64,000 nt of DNA, taken from the NCBI RefSeq assembly GCF_006345805.1, contig NC_043000.1, positions 58,156,001 through 58,220,000 of the forward strand, in the 5' to 3' direction. Below the pieces are notes generated by a model. That model was not told the origin of the DNA, did no database searches, and saw only the letters and a program-made list of their open reading frames with translations. The translations under genes and the position numbers were made by a program. Every line of letters starts with the position of its first letter. The stretch's first letter is position 1. Source of the stretch: Octopus sinensis. Taxonomy: Eukaryota. Shown in pieces: positions 52,667-64,000 of this stretch.

Positions 52667-53420
52667 GCAAGTACCCAAAGCCTCCTACAATTTTGCAATA
52701 TTATGATATTCACTTAGTTTTACATGTTTACACTTCTATCACATTTAAAGTACTCTCTATTTGAAGCAATGCATTGGTCCAGGTGTATTTTCCAGTATTC
52801 AAAGCAATGCTGGTACTCTTGCGATGTAATGCCTTTTAACATCTTCATCATTCATTCTTCACCTTCTCCACATCTGCAAATTCCATAACATCAGCTTTCA
52901 TCATCAGCGCTGACCTTCAAAAAAGGTCTGGATCAACTTCCATGCATTCTTTCAGTTCCCAACATGCATTCAGTCGTGACAGCTTTTGATCTTCCCTGAG
53001 CAAGTGAGGCACAATTCTTGCTGCAATTCTTTTCATTTACAATTCCTCACTCAAAATTCGTTGGCAGGAGCTCCATGACACACACCAGTCATATCAACAA
53101 GTTCATCTGTTCTTTGGTGACGGCTCTCTAAGATCAGTTCATGAATTTTCATAATGTTTTCATTTGTTCAGGAGGTCCACGGTCATCCTAAACAAGGTTG
53201 GTCTTCAAGTGACAAGTGACTGTTTCTAAAACATGGAAACCACTCATAAACTTGTGTTTTGCTTATGGCAGCATCTTTGTAAGCTGTTTGAAGCATGACA
53301 ACTGTTTCAGCCACCATTTCCCCAGCAGAAAACAGAATTTCACAGAAGCATGCTATTCCTTCGTTTTAGCCATCACAAAAATAAACAGAGGAGAAGCACT
53401 GCAAAACAAGGATGTGTCAT
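52663..53420 (-). mobile_element. Internally deleted mariner
   Basis: ATG at 53373; VKFCFLLG, AYKDAAISKTQVYEWF, SLEDQP. Confidence 0.8.
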
Positions 53421-53469
53421 GTGATTCCATAGGTATTGCTCTCCAGGGCCAGTAAGGCCCTGTCATGGT

Positions 53470-53700
53470 AAAAGGCTTCTCTCAAACCACAGATCCTCCT
53501 TCAGGCTACCAGAAAGTTGATACATACATCATTAGCCAGCCACGTATGGCACATGATAGACAACAGGATTCCATCCACAATATCATGGAGAATCCTAGAA
53601 AATTCAGACTCCCTACATAAACGCGACCAAGCACTGTAAATTATGCATAGCGGAATGGGTGAGGATCCTAAAGGACTTCCTCGAACCAGGAGACATCCTT
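53470..53700 (+). mobile_element. Orphan C-terminal GIY-YIG fragment of a Penelope-like element
   Basis: NHRSSFRLP, TSLASHVWHMIDNRIPSTISWRIL, TKHCKLCIAE across frameshifts. Confidence 0.7.
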
Positions 53701-54078
53701 AAATCCAGAACAGAGGTCTTCGGACCATGGTTACATTTCAGGAAATTCCTGCTGGCCTACTGGAACCCACAGGATGGAAGGGTCACCAGTGATCGATAGC
53801 CAAACAGAGACAATCCACTTTGTTGATATTGAGTAGTAGGGTCCTTTCCTCCTCCATATTATAGAGGAGCCACTTGCTAGAGAGAACTTAAGCCATCAGG
53901 TTTTAGGATCTGATGATATGCAATAAAGCTAAACTTTTTATGGACATGAAACCTAAGGTAATCCCACAAACCAACCTTATCTAACTTTAATATATACGGC
54001 TTTATAACTTAGAGTGTGCTTCTTTTTTCAGATTTATCTTTTTACGGATGACCCATCTAAATGGAAAAGTATATATAG

Positions 54079-54740
54079 AGGCTGTGTGGTAAGTAGCTTG
54101 CTTACGAACCACATGGTTCTCGGTTCAGTCCCACTGTGTGGCACCTTGGACAAATGTCTTCTACTATAGCCTTGGGCCAACCAAAGCCTTGTGAGTGGAT
54201 TTGGTAGATGGAAACTGAAAGAAGTTCATCATATACATGTATATATATATATGTGTGTGTTTGTATATGTTTGCATGTTTGTGTTTGTCCCCACCACCAC
54301 TTGACAAGCGATGTTGATGTGTTTACATCCCCGTAACCTAGCGGTTCAGCAAAAGAGCCCGATAGAATAAGTATTAGGTTTACAAAGAATAAGTCCTGGG
54401 ATTGATTTGTTCGACTAAAGGTGGTGCTCCAGCATGGCCGCAGTCAACTGACTGTAACAAATAAAAGAATAAAAGAATATATATGTGTGTGTGTGTATGC
54501 ATATACTTATGTGTGTGTCTTCGTGCCTGTGCATATGCCCCTGCTATTGCTTGACAACCGATGCTGGTGTGTTTATTTCCTCATAACTTAGCAGTTTGGC
54601 AATAGAGACCGATATAATAAATACTTCATTTGCAAAGAATAAGTCTTGGGGTCAATTTCTTTGACTAAAACCCTTTGAGGTTGTTACTTCAGCATGGCCA
54701 CAGTCAAATGACTGAAACAAGTGCAAGAATGAAAGAATAT
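54079..54740 (+). mobile_element. SINE family A, full copy plus tandem 3' half
   Basis: 54079-54480 is complete; 54525-54740 repeats the 3' module. Confidence 0.85.
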
Positions 54741-55879
54741 ATTAGATATATATATATATATATTATATATATCATATATATGTATATACATGTATATATA
54801 TATATATATAATATATATATATACATACATACATATACATGTATGTACGTATACGTATGTATATATGCATATATATATTATTTATATTATTATATGATTA
54901 AACGCCACACTTCCTTTTCTAAGTAAGTTTTATCTAATTATCTATCTATCTATCTATATCTATCTATATATATCATGCCTAATATATGTGTTTGTATATT
55001 TATGTGTGCACGTGTATAAGTGTGAAGAATTTTGGTGTTTATAGATGCTCTTCAGTATACATGTGTTTTATTTTATGGAGGAAGTGTGACAACGCTTGTA
55101 CGTCAATTATATGTATGTGAAAATATATGTGTATATACATAGATATATAAATAGGCAGATAAAAAGAGAGAGAGAGAGAAAGAGAAATTATGTATGCATA
55201 GTTGTATACTTGTGTATATGTGTGTATATCCTACTTCCGGTCCTGGTGACTATCAGGAATCATGTAACAGGCACCATCTCATTCACTCTCCTTCCTCTTC
55301 ATTTCCTGTTTCTTGTACTTACTCATCTTGGTATATTTTGTCATTTGTTTATAAAAGAAATAACACCATAAAAGGAAGAAAAAAACTAAAACAAAAAAAT
55401 TAAATAGAAATAAAGAGAAACAAAATTTAGGAAATGAACCCCATTTTTTTGAAATTATGTTGTTGGTGACAAATGTGGGTAGGATGGGAAAATAACATGA
55501 TTATTAAAAATGTCTTTGAAATTCTCAATGATCCTGATCCTTTTATCTTAATGTTGTCTACTGAATAATTTAAATTAGACTCATTTGTATAAAGTATCTG
55601 CATACGCCTTTTCTATGTGATGTATGTTGCAGAATTTCTTGTGGTTTTTTTTTCCCAGCAAATTTAAGCAGTAAAGCAGTAAATTAGCACAATCTTTTGG
55701 ACTAATTTATCTGATGATAACTAAGTGTGAGAAATGCAGATAGTATGAAGTAAATGTGATACTGCCTGATAACGAGACACGGGTAGTGAATACTGAGAAA
55801 TTATTTGATTTGTTAGATATGATAAGGTGAATACTACTGAGACAGACATGGCCCAAACCAATACTGGCTGAAACCTATG

Positions 55880-56244
55880 AAAGTTCAAGTTTTAACTTGT
55901 GTAAGAAGTGAAACAGATTTGAGCTGAGAGAGAGAGAGAGAGAAAGAGTGAGAGGCTGTGCATTAAAGGCATATATGAACTGGTGGTCATCATTTCACTG
56001 CTAGAAGCACTGATGTCTTCAGCATTTATACTTCTGCCAGGGGTAACGTTCAACTTCTTTTGTCTCTTCTTTGGTCTGCTCTTATTCACTCCTCTCATTG
56101 ACTTTAGCTTTCCCAACACATATCTCTTTATATACTTATGTATATACACATATATGTACACATACATATAATTGACGTACAAGCATAGTCACACTTCCTC
56201 CATAAAATAAATATACTAACACATATATTGGGCATGATATATAT

Positions 56245-56275
<31 letters not shown>

Positions 56276-57365
56276 TTATCTCTCTTACATTGATGACTTC
56301 ATTGTCCTCTTTGCTCACTTCATGGTCTGGTAGCTGATCCAAAACCTTGTCTGGATGAAAAGGGTGAATTCCACATTTCATGAACCTACTTTCCAGATTC
56401 TTGCTGTGAGTGACACTGTCAGGAAAGAGAGCAGTATGCAGCTGTGTGAGCAGAGCAGGAAAAGCATCTTTAGTTAAGGCCTTTGAGTTCTTCCTGCCAT
56501 AAGCCTTCCAATCATTTAAGATTTTTCTCCAACTTTTTTTTTAAGAGGTCCATAGAATGCTATGTGGAGGCTCGTGGCTTAGTGGTTAGGGTGTCAGCAC
56601 CATGATCATAAGATTGTGGTTTCAATCCCTGGACTGGGCTACGCATTGTGTTCTTGAGCATAACACTTCATTTCACGTTGCTCCAGTCCACTCGGCTGGC
56701 AAAAATGAGTAATGCTGTGATGGACTGGCATCCCGTCCAGCTGGGGAACACATACACCATAGAAACCAGGAAACCAGGAAACCAGGCCCATGAGCCTGGC
56801 TAGGCTTTAAAAAGGGTGCATTTATTTATTATTTTTATAGAATACTACATCAAGTGATTGAAGCATATGTGTGAAACTGGTTGGTAGCAGCTTGCTTACT
56901 GCCAGAAACAGTGATTGGGGTTACTCTGAACAGTGTTCAAAGAAACCCCGTTGGATAATCAAAGTGGGGAACATGTCATGTTATACAAGTTTTTACAAAG
57001 ATACAAGTTATAAAAACACTTCAATAGAAAATTATTAACTAGTTATATTAACATAATATTTTAACAAAATCTTGTATCTTTTATGCAAGAAGTGCTTTAG
57101 CTACTGACAAAAGTATTCATATCTTGCAAAAATGTTTGTTTTGCTGGAATTTGAAGTTGACAAATTCTTTCTTTGAGTGGATAATCATTTATATTAACAA
57201 ATTTTACTTTATGTATTGAAATTATACTATCATAGAAATATAATTCTAAAGTTTAACATATTTAAACAATTCTGTAAGAAATTTTAGCAACAAGTAATAA
57301 AAGGAAGCAAAACATATTTTGTTCCAAGTTACCCTGGTGTTCAAAGTAACCCCATTTCATGATTA
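55880..57365 (-). mobile_element. pogo-family transposon remnant with two insertions
   Basis: THMLQSLDV.FYGPLKK, WRKILNDWK, FPALL, MKCGIHPFHPDKVL, MRGVNKSRPKKRQKKLNVTPGRSI; terminal ggggttactttgaaca repeats. Confidence 0.8.
56564..56836 (+). mobile_element. CORE-type SINE inserted in the pogo remnant
   Basis: TSD atagaatgctat / atagaatactac. Confidence 0.9.
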
Positions 57366-57462
57366 GATATGTATGTTTGATGTGTGTGTATGTATGTGCA
57401 TTTGGTATGCATGTGTGTTGCTTCTGTACCTGAGTCTTGTTTTTGTATTTATTTGTCTGTAT

Positions 57463-57777
57463 CAGGGGTTCTCAACCATTCTTTACCTATGAATCCCCTT
57501 GATTACTATTTTACTCTGGTGGACCCACATAGCCATTTGATGGTTAAAAACTAGTTTTATAGAAACTTCTTTTAAAATTCTTCTTTTGTTTTACTCACAT
57601 TAACTTGTGCAGGTTGAACTATGTAAAATGTTAGAGAAAGAAACTTACCAATACATACATCTATAACAAACTTTTTTTCAGGGACCCTGAAAATATTGTG
57701 AATCCTTAATTTACTAGACCCCCAAAAATCTTACATAGACTCTCAGGAACCATATGGACCTTGGTTGAGAACCACTG
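57463..57777. mobile_element. hAT (Charlie-like) MITE
   Basis: TIRs caggggttctcaacc / ggttgagaaccactg; TSD gtctgtat/gtctataa. Confidence 0.85.
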
Positions 57778-58322
57778 GTCTATAAGTTTGTTTGCACACA
57801 AGCATTATTTTCAGTTATCTTTTTATCTCTCTTTGATGAATGCATTGATTAAACAGGAAACAAAAATCCTACTATCTAGGGTTCCATAGCCTAGAAATAC
57901 ACTGCAGACTAAAGGCATTTTCAGCAAAATGTCTTGTGTTTAAAATTACATTAGTGTCAAAACATTTTTGTGTTACAATGGACTACTTTCATAAAAGTTA
58001 CACATAAACAATAAAAAAAAAAAATTGTAATAATATCATATATACATATTTTTCACTTCAGCTTTATTATTTCAATCAATAATTTTTACAATTAAAAAAA
58101 CTATATTTAAATGAAACAAAACAAAAGAAAGACAAAAGGAAAGAAAAAGAAAAAATGAGAATTAAGCAACAAACATAACTGTGTTATATCTATTAATAAT
58201 TGTGATATATCCATTTCAGTTCTTATTGACTTATATATATAACACAGTACACATACAGACACACAGAAACACATGCGTGCATGCACATACATACACTCAT
58301 AGATGTAGGGTGATACACACAT

Positions 58323-58729
58323 TCTTTTTTCTTTATTGCCCACAAGAGGCTAAACATAGAGGGGATAAACACGGACAGACAAAGGGATTAAGTCGATTAC
58401 ATCGACCCCAGTGTGTAACTGGTACTTAATTTATCGACCCCTGAAAGGATGAAAGACAAAGTCGACCTTGGCGGAATTTGAACTCAGAACATAACGGCAG
58501 ACGAAATACCTATTTCTTTACTGCCCACAAGAGGCTACACACAGAGGGGACAAACAAGGAAAGACAAACGGATTAAGTCGATTACATCGACCCCAGTGTG
58601 TAACTGGTACTTAATTTATCAACCCTGAAAGGATGAAAGGCAAAGTCGACCTTGGTGGAATTTGAACTCAGAAAGAAAAAAGACGGACAAAATACCGCTA
58701 AGCATTTTGCCTGCATGCTAACGTTTGTC
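58323..58729 (-). mobile_element. Head-to-tail dimer of the Deu/Nin-like SINE
   Basis: Two ~190-210-bp units, junction at gacgaaatacc|tatttc (58510/58511). Confidence 0.9.
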
Positions 58730-59289
58730 AATCAAGGATGACCGTATGTATATGCACCTATATGCAAAGGCTTGGGTATACATGCAAAGTTGCATGCATA
58801 CATACATGCATGCATGCATACATACATGCAAACATACATACATACATTGCTAGCATGGAAAGCAGATGTTAAACGATGATGATAGATACATACATACATA
58901 CATACATACATACATGCATGCAAGCAAATAAACTGACACAAACATACATAAATATATGTCTATATTTCTTTCCAGACTAAACCAATCCTGAATTAAATTA
59001 GATTTTTGCAAGCTCTAATTATTTTCAAAACATTATTCATGAGTGTGAGACTGCTGTAATTGTCTTTCGTTAGTAAATTTCTTTACTCTTATAGCACTGC
59101 ACTACTTGATTAATTAAGAAAGTAATAAGTGTAATCTAATGTTTTCCATATCTCAGATCAATTTAAACCAGAGGAGTTAATCATGGCAGGAATAGAGAAA
59201 AGTTGACAGAGAAGCAATGATCTCTTGGCTACACCTAGTTATTTGAAAGACAACTGATGTACAAAAGGTATTCTTAATCGCAGTTGATT

Positions 59290-59700
59290 TGGCCCTTTAC
59301 AGTAACAACTCTATGTGTTCATGAAGCAAGCAGCAGTTATGTCATCCTGCATGGAAGGGCATTCACCTCCTTTCTCATATGTCTCTGATGCCATCATTTT
59401 CTTAAATGGCTCTATCTGTATCCAACTTCCTTCACCCACAGCATTCTGACTGGGTTAGGAGTTTTAACATTTTTTACATGACATCAACTTCTCTTTATCA
59501 TCCACCCTATTTTTTTCACTTAGGACAAGAGTGGGTGGTGGTGGAGTGTTGATGCTGATACTTAATGTTATGCTCACAACCAAACATAACCTACTTTCAG
59601 CAATTGTAATATATACAACTTACCCATTATGATCTTCAAATTTCAACATCTTTAATTGTTATCTTGGTGAATCCTATAACTCAGTGTCTGGGTAGTGGGG
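59290..59700 (-). mobile_element. Possible very old RTE endonuclease-region remnant
   Basis: Only patchy resemblance (gtggatgataaagagaagtt; gaaggaagttggatacaga). Confidence 0.3.
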
Positions 59701-59819
59701 ATCACTGCTGAAGATTTTGTCTTCAGAAAGTATATCTGAGCAAGTCAGCATGATGTAGCACATCTCTTTAAGTGCTTTAGACCCTCAAAATAGCAGAACC
59801 CAGCACTGTAAGTCTTCTA

Positions 59820-60400
59820 GGTGCAGGCATGGCTATATATAAGAGACTTGCTTCCTGACATGGTGCCTACTGCATGGCACTTTAAGCAAGTGACTTCTAC
59901 CAGGCTGCCCAAAGTCTTGTGAGGGAGTTTGGAAGATAGAAACTACTAAAAGCCTGTTGCATGTGTGTGTGTGTGTGTGTGCATGTGTGTGCGTGTGTGT
60001 GTGTGGTGTGTGTGTGTGTGTATGTGTGTGTGTATATCTGTGGGTGTGTTTGTGTGTGTGTGTCTGTCTGTGTCTATGTGTACGTGTGTATGTGTGTGTC
60101 TGTGCATGTGTATGTGTGTGTGCATATATATGTCTGTATGAGTGTGTGTGTGTGTGTCTATGAGTGTGTGTGTGTGTGTCTCTTTATCTTGACATTGTGT
60201 TATAGTTGTATATGAGTGTCACTGTCATACAAGCAGTGTCATTCATTTCCAAAATTCTGCAGGAACATGTCTGACCATTGGTAAATATAACTTTGCTTGG
60301 AAACATGCAAGTGTTTGGAACAGAAAGGACAATTGGCCGTAAAACATTTTGCCTCAAATAAAACTCCATTTGACACATGCAAACGTGGAAATTGCTTCTT
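59820..60400 (+). mobile_element. Composite SINE: family A head + (TG)n + RTE-like tail
   Basis: Same layout as 18822-19235. Confidence 0.6.
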
Positions 60401-60481
60401 CAGTCGGAGTCTGGAATGTCTACACAGTTTTGCTCAATCCTCTCCGACATGTATATATATACATATATATATATATGTTAC

Positions 60482-60700
60482 TCTGTTGCTTGTTTCAGTC
60501 ATTTGACTGTGGCAATGCTGTAGTACTGTATTTTAGTTGAAGAAATCGACCCCTGGACTTATTTTTTGTAAGCCTGATGGTTATTCTATCAATACCTTCT
60601 GCAGAACTGCTAAGTTACAGGGATGTAAACACACCAAAATCGGTTTCTAAGCGATGGTGGTCGTGGGGAACAAACACAGACACAAATACACATACACACA
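60482..60700 (-). mobile_element. SINE family A 3' half
   Basis: ttgtttcagtcatttgactgtggc...gaaatcgacccc. Confidence 0.8.
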
Positions 60701-61119
60701 CACACATATATATACAATAATAATAATAATATTAGGGAGTATAACTCCAAACTTACAGGGAAAAATTCAATTTGGTATTAAATCAAATTTCACAATGTAA
60801 ATATATAATATATAAATTAGAGAAAAACCACTATTATTGTTATTATTGTTAACCTGGAGAGTGACTTTAATTTTAAATTGAATTGTATTTTGATTAAATT
60901 TAGATTTAATTGTAATTTGAATTTAAATTATAGCCATGAAACGTACATAGTTTTTTTTACTTATTATATATTGTTTATTCATTTTTATAGTTTTTGTGAT
61001 CTAGTTATATGTTTCAAAAAATATATTTTATTTTTTATTTATAATTTGGCTTATTTCTGTCATTGTTTGAATTGCATAATAGTGGTTTTTCTCTAATTTA
61101 TATATATATACATAGGACA

Positions 61120-61262
61120 GAATTCTTTCAGCTTCCATCAACCAAATCCACTGACATGGCTTTGGCTAGCCGAGGACACTTGCTCAAGGTTCCACGCAGT
61201 GAGACTGAACCCAGAACCATGTGGTTGGGAAGCAAGCTTCTTAGCACACAGCCATGCCCACA
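61120..61262 (-). mobile_element. SINE family A head/core
   Basis: gactgaacccagaaccatgtggttgggaagcaagc. Confidence 0.8.
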
Positions 61263-61311
61263 CCTATATATATAAACATATATATATAAATATATAAATA
61301 TGCAAATGGTA

Positions 61312-61800
61312 CTGACCCTGTCAAAGGCTTTCCCCATGTCAATGAAGGCCAGGTACAAAGGTTTATCTTTGGCTAGGTATTTTTTCTCCAGCTGTCTTAC
61401 CAGAAATATAGCATCAGTTGTGCTTTTTCCTGACACAAACCCAAACTGCATCTCATCTAGACTAACTCTCTCTCTAATTAGTTAGGCTATGACCCTCTCT
61501 GTGACTTTCATTACCTGATCCAACAACTTGATACCTCTGTAATTATTCATATCTAATGTGTCACCTTTACCAATGTAACAGTTGACTATGGGGCTACCAC
61601 AACAGTCATTGGGTATGACACATTAATGTATCATCTAGTTGACCATAGAGGTAACTAGACTATAGCTGACACCGCCAGATATGTTAAGCATCTCTCTGGT
61701 GATTCTTGATGGGCTGGGGGCTTTTCTTGTCTTCATACCTTTAATTGCTTTATCTACCAAGGTACTGTCAATTTGGATAGCTGGTCCCTCTGTTGGGTCA
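61312..61800 (-). mobile_element. RTE RT fragment
   Basis: QFGFVSGKSTTDAIFLVRQLEKKYLAKDKPLYLAFIDMGKAFDRV; homologous to 3870-4310. Confidence 0.92.
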
Positions 61801-61944
61801 GCATACATGCATATATATATATATATATATATATATTATTTTATCTAGTTTCAGCCAATAAATGCACACATATATATACATATATATATATTTTAAAATT
61901 ATAAGTATATGAAAGAATGGAGTTGAACGACTTGTTAACAAATT

Positions 61945-62040
61945 TCCTTTATTTTCGACATATGTTTCGAAGGCTGCATATTCCTAATTCCGAAGGAATA
62001 AGGAGTACATTATGCAGATTTCTCATCAGGAAGGCAAGGA
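61945..62040 (-). ncRNA. Type I hammerhead-like motif, canonical core, extended stem II (in pLTR-like repeat 61905-62222)
   Basis: ttc CTGATGA gaa at ctgcata...tatgcag cc ttc GAA ACATATGT C gaa; triplet GUC. Confidence 0.7.
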
Positions 62041-62229
62041 ACTTATGTCGACATCAAAATGCACAAAAAACTTTTAGCTGACTGCTCTCAAGGAGCCCAT
62101 AGCATGTAGCACGTAGTCTATGCCCTAGGGACGTAACTTCAACCGTGTTCTTTCTGATGTGAATTTGCTACCCAGGTATCGGTTATCTTTCGAATTATCC
62201 TTCATAAGATAATTCATTCAACTACTCAA

Positions 62230-62284
<55 letters not shown>

Positions 62285-62482
62285 CATACATATATTTATA
62301 CATAATATATATGCATATATATATATATACAAACACACACATATATGCATACATATATATACACATATATAAATATATATACACGTACATTCATACATAT
62401 GCATATATATATACACATATATACATATATATATATACATATATTTATACATAGATACATACATATATATATAAACACACAT

Positions 62483-62541
<59 letters not shown>

Positions 62542-62689
62542 TATATGTATACATACATATACATACATACATATACATGCATACATATATATACATAATA
62601 TAAATACATAAATATATCACAGTGAAAGTAATAGAAATGAAACTAATATATATATGCATAGTGAAAGTATTTTTAATTTTGACATGTAA

Positions 62690-62880
62690 TACTAAAATAG
62701 TGTAAGAGATAAGAGAGAGTTCTGGGCTCGTATTAGGCAAGAAGTTGAAAATTATTTTGGCCCATGACACTGCATGGACTCCAAGCAAGGCATGTGTAAA
62801 ATTTGAATGAAATCTGTTGGGTAGTACTCGAGTTTTAGTGATGCACAGATACAGTCAGACAGACAGACAGATATTGTCCG
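62690..62880 (-). mobile_element. Helitron-type repeat fragment
   Basis: Reverse complement of 46050-46230. Confidence 0.7.
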
Positions 62881-63135
62881 TTATCATCATCATCATCATT
62901 TAGCGTCCGCTTTCCATGCTAACATGGGTTGGACGGTTCAACTGGGGTCTGGAAGCCAGAAGGCTGCATCAGGCCCAGTCTGATCTGGCAGAGTTTCTAT
63001 GGCTGGATGCCCTTCCTAACGCCAACCACTCCGTGAGTGTAGTGGGTGCTTTTTACGTGCCACCCGCACAGGTGCCAAATGGGGCTGGCAAAACGGCCAC
63101 GGACGGATGGTGCTTTTTACGTGCCACTGGCACGA
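62880..63135 (-). mobile_element. RTE 3'UTR fragment, young
   Basis: Nearly identical to 47915-48160. Confidence 0.85.
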
Positions 63136-63164
63136 TATATATGCATACATACATACATAGATAT

Positions 63165-63400
63165 ATAGTTGGAATTTACAAAAAAAAACAAAAGACAAAG
63201 ACAGGTGTGTAAACAACAAACAGGTGTATTAGTTTAACACTCAGGAAGTGAGAAAGTCTTTTACATTTCGAGCCTACGCTCTTCAACAGAAAGGAACATG
63301 AGAAAATAAACAGAGAAAATAATAAAAAAAAAAACTCTTTAATGGCTAGCAGTCAATCATGGCAATGGCTAGACAGAGGTGGTCAGACAGGAGAGCTTGG
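63165..63400 (-). repeat. Neptune-type pLTR-like repeat followed by GT/purine-rich low-complexity sequence to the window end
   Basis: Homologous to 7590-7710 and 45621-45965; sister of 41560-41660. Confidence 0.7.
63258..63293 (-). ncRNA. Minimal hammerhead-like motif with CUGUUGA core, best copy
   Basis: cttt CTGTTGA a gagc gtag gctc GAAAT GTA aaag. Confidence 0.6.
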
Positions 63401-64000
63401 AGGAAGGGGAGATAATAAAGTGTTGGTGATCTCAAAACGAAGGTTTGCATGAGTGTGTATGTCAGAGCATATGTGTGTGTGTGAGGATGATGGTGCAGGT
63501 GCTGGGAAGTGGTCAGTGCTAGTATGTGCAGTGTGGTGCAATGGGGTGTGGTGTGGTGGTGTATGGTGTAGGTGCTGGGAAGTGGTCAATGCTAGTTTGT
63601 GCAGAGTGGTGCAATGTGGTGTGGTGATGTGTGGTGCAGTGTGGCATGATGTGGTGAGGTGGTATATGGTGTTGGGGTGTGGGGGATGCGAGGGTGGGGT
63701 TGCATGGGTGGGTGTGGACTGGGGTGAGGGTTTGGTGGTAGGGTGGGGTATGTGGGAGTGGGGTATGGGGGTGGGGTGGGGCATGTTAGAGTGGAATTGT
63801 GGGGTTGGGGTTGGGAATGGGATGTATAGTGATGGTGAGGTTGGGAAGTGTAGGGGTGGGGTAACGATGGAGGGGTGACGATGAAGGGAGAGGGTGGAAG
63901 GGAGAAGGTGGGTAGGGTGAAGAGAGGAAGTAGGTGTCAGAGTAAGAGGGGAGAGTTGGGTGGGAGTGAAGAGAAGAAGTAGGTGTGTGAGGAAGAGAGG

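Noticed and set aside
59156-59268. Good acceptor (ctaat...ctcag) followed by DQFKPEELIMAGIEKS*
   Set aside because: All frames close within ~50 nt and the peptide is unrecognised; needs RNA-seq
63383-63878. 133- and 141-aa ORFs (H/P/T-rich; V/W/G/C-rich)
   Set aside because: Products of GT/GGT-rich low-complexity sequence

Overview
AT-rich animal non-coding DNA, most likely from an octopus genome. That assignment is inferred from the tRNA/CORE-type and Deu/Nin-type SINE families, the RTE tails and the very dense TA/CA/TAGA/AAT microsatellites. I could not support any host protein-coding exon; most long ORFs in the track are microsatellite artefacts. The recognisable coding sequence is all transposon pseudogene. 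DNA transposons: a near-full-length Tc1-like element with DD36E spacing (plus a truncated second copy), four mariner remnants (DD34D countable in one), a scrambled DD37D maT, and two pogo/Tigger remnants. Retroelements: many RTE LINE pieces, a CR1-type 3' end, an R4/Dong-type RLE fragment, an LTR with a tRNA-Trp PBS, and two Penelope-like elements (Neptune-like and probably Hydra-like) plus an orphan GIY-YIG end. Non-autonomous hAT, TTAA-flanked and Helitron-type MITEs are also present. The most interesting signal is nine minimal hammerhead-ribozyme-like motifs from about seven repeat families, several with non-canonical cores (U4C twice, A6U three times, U3-A8 once). One lies in a TSD-flanked tRNA-SINE and several lie in long fold-back palindromes. 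All alignments were done by eye and coordinates of degenerate elements are approximate.
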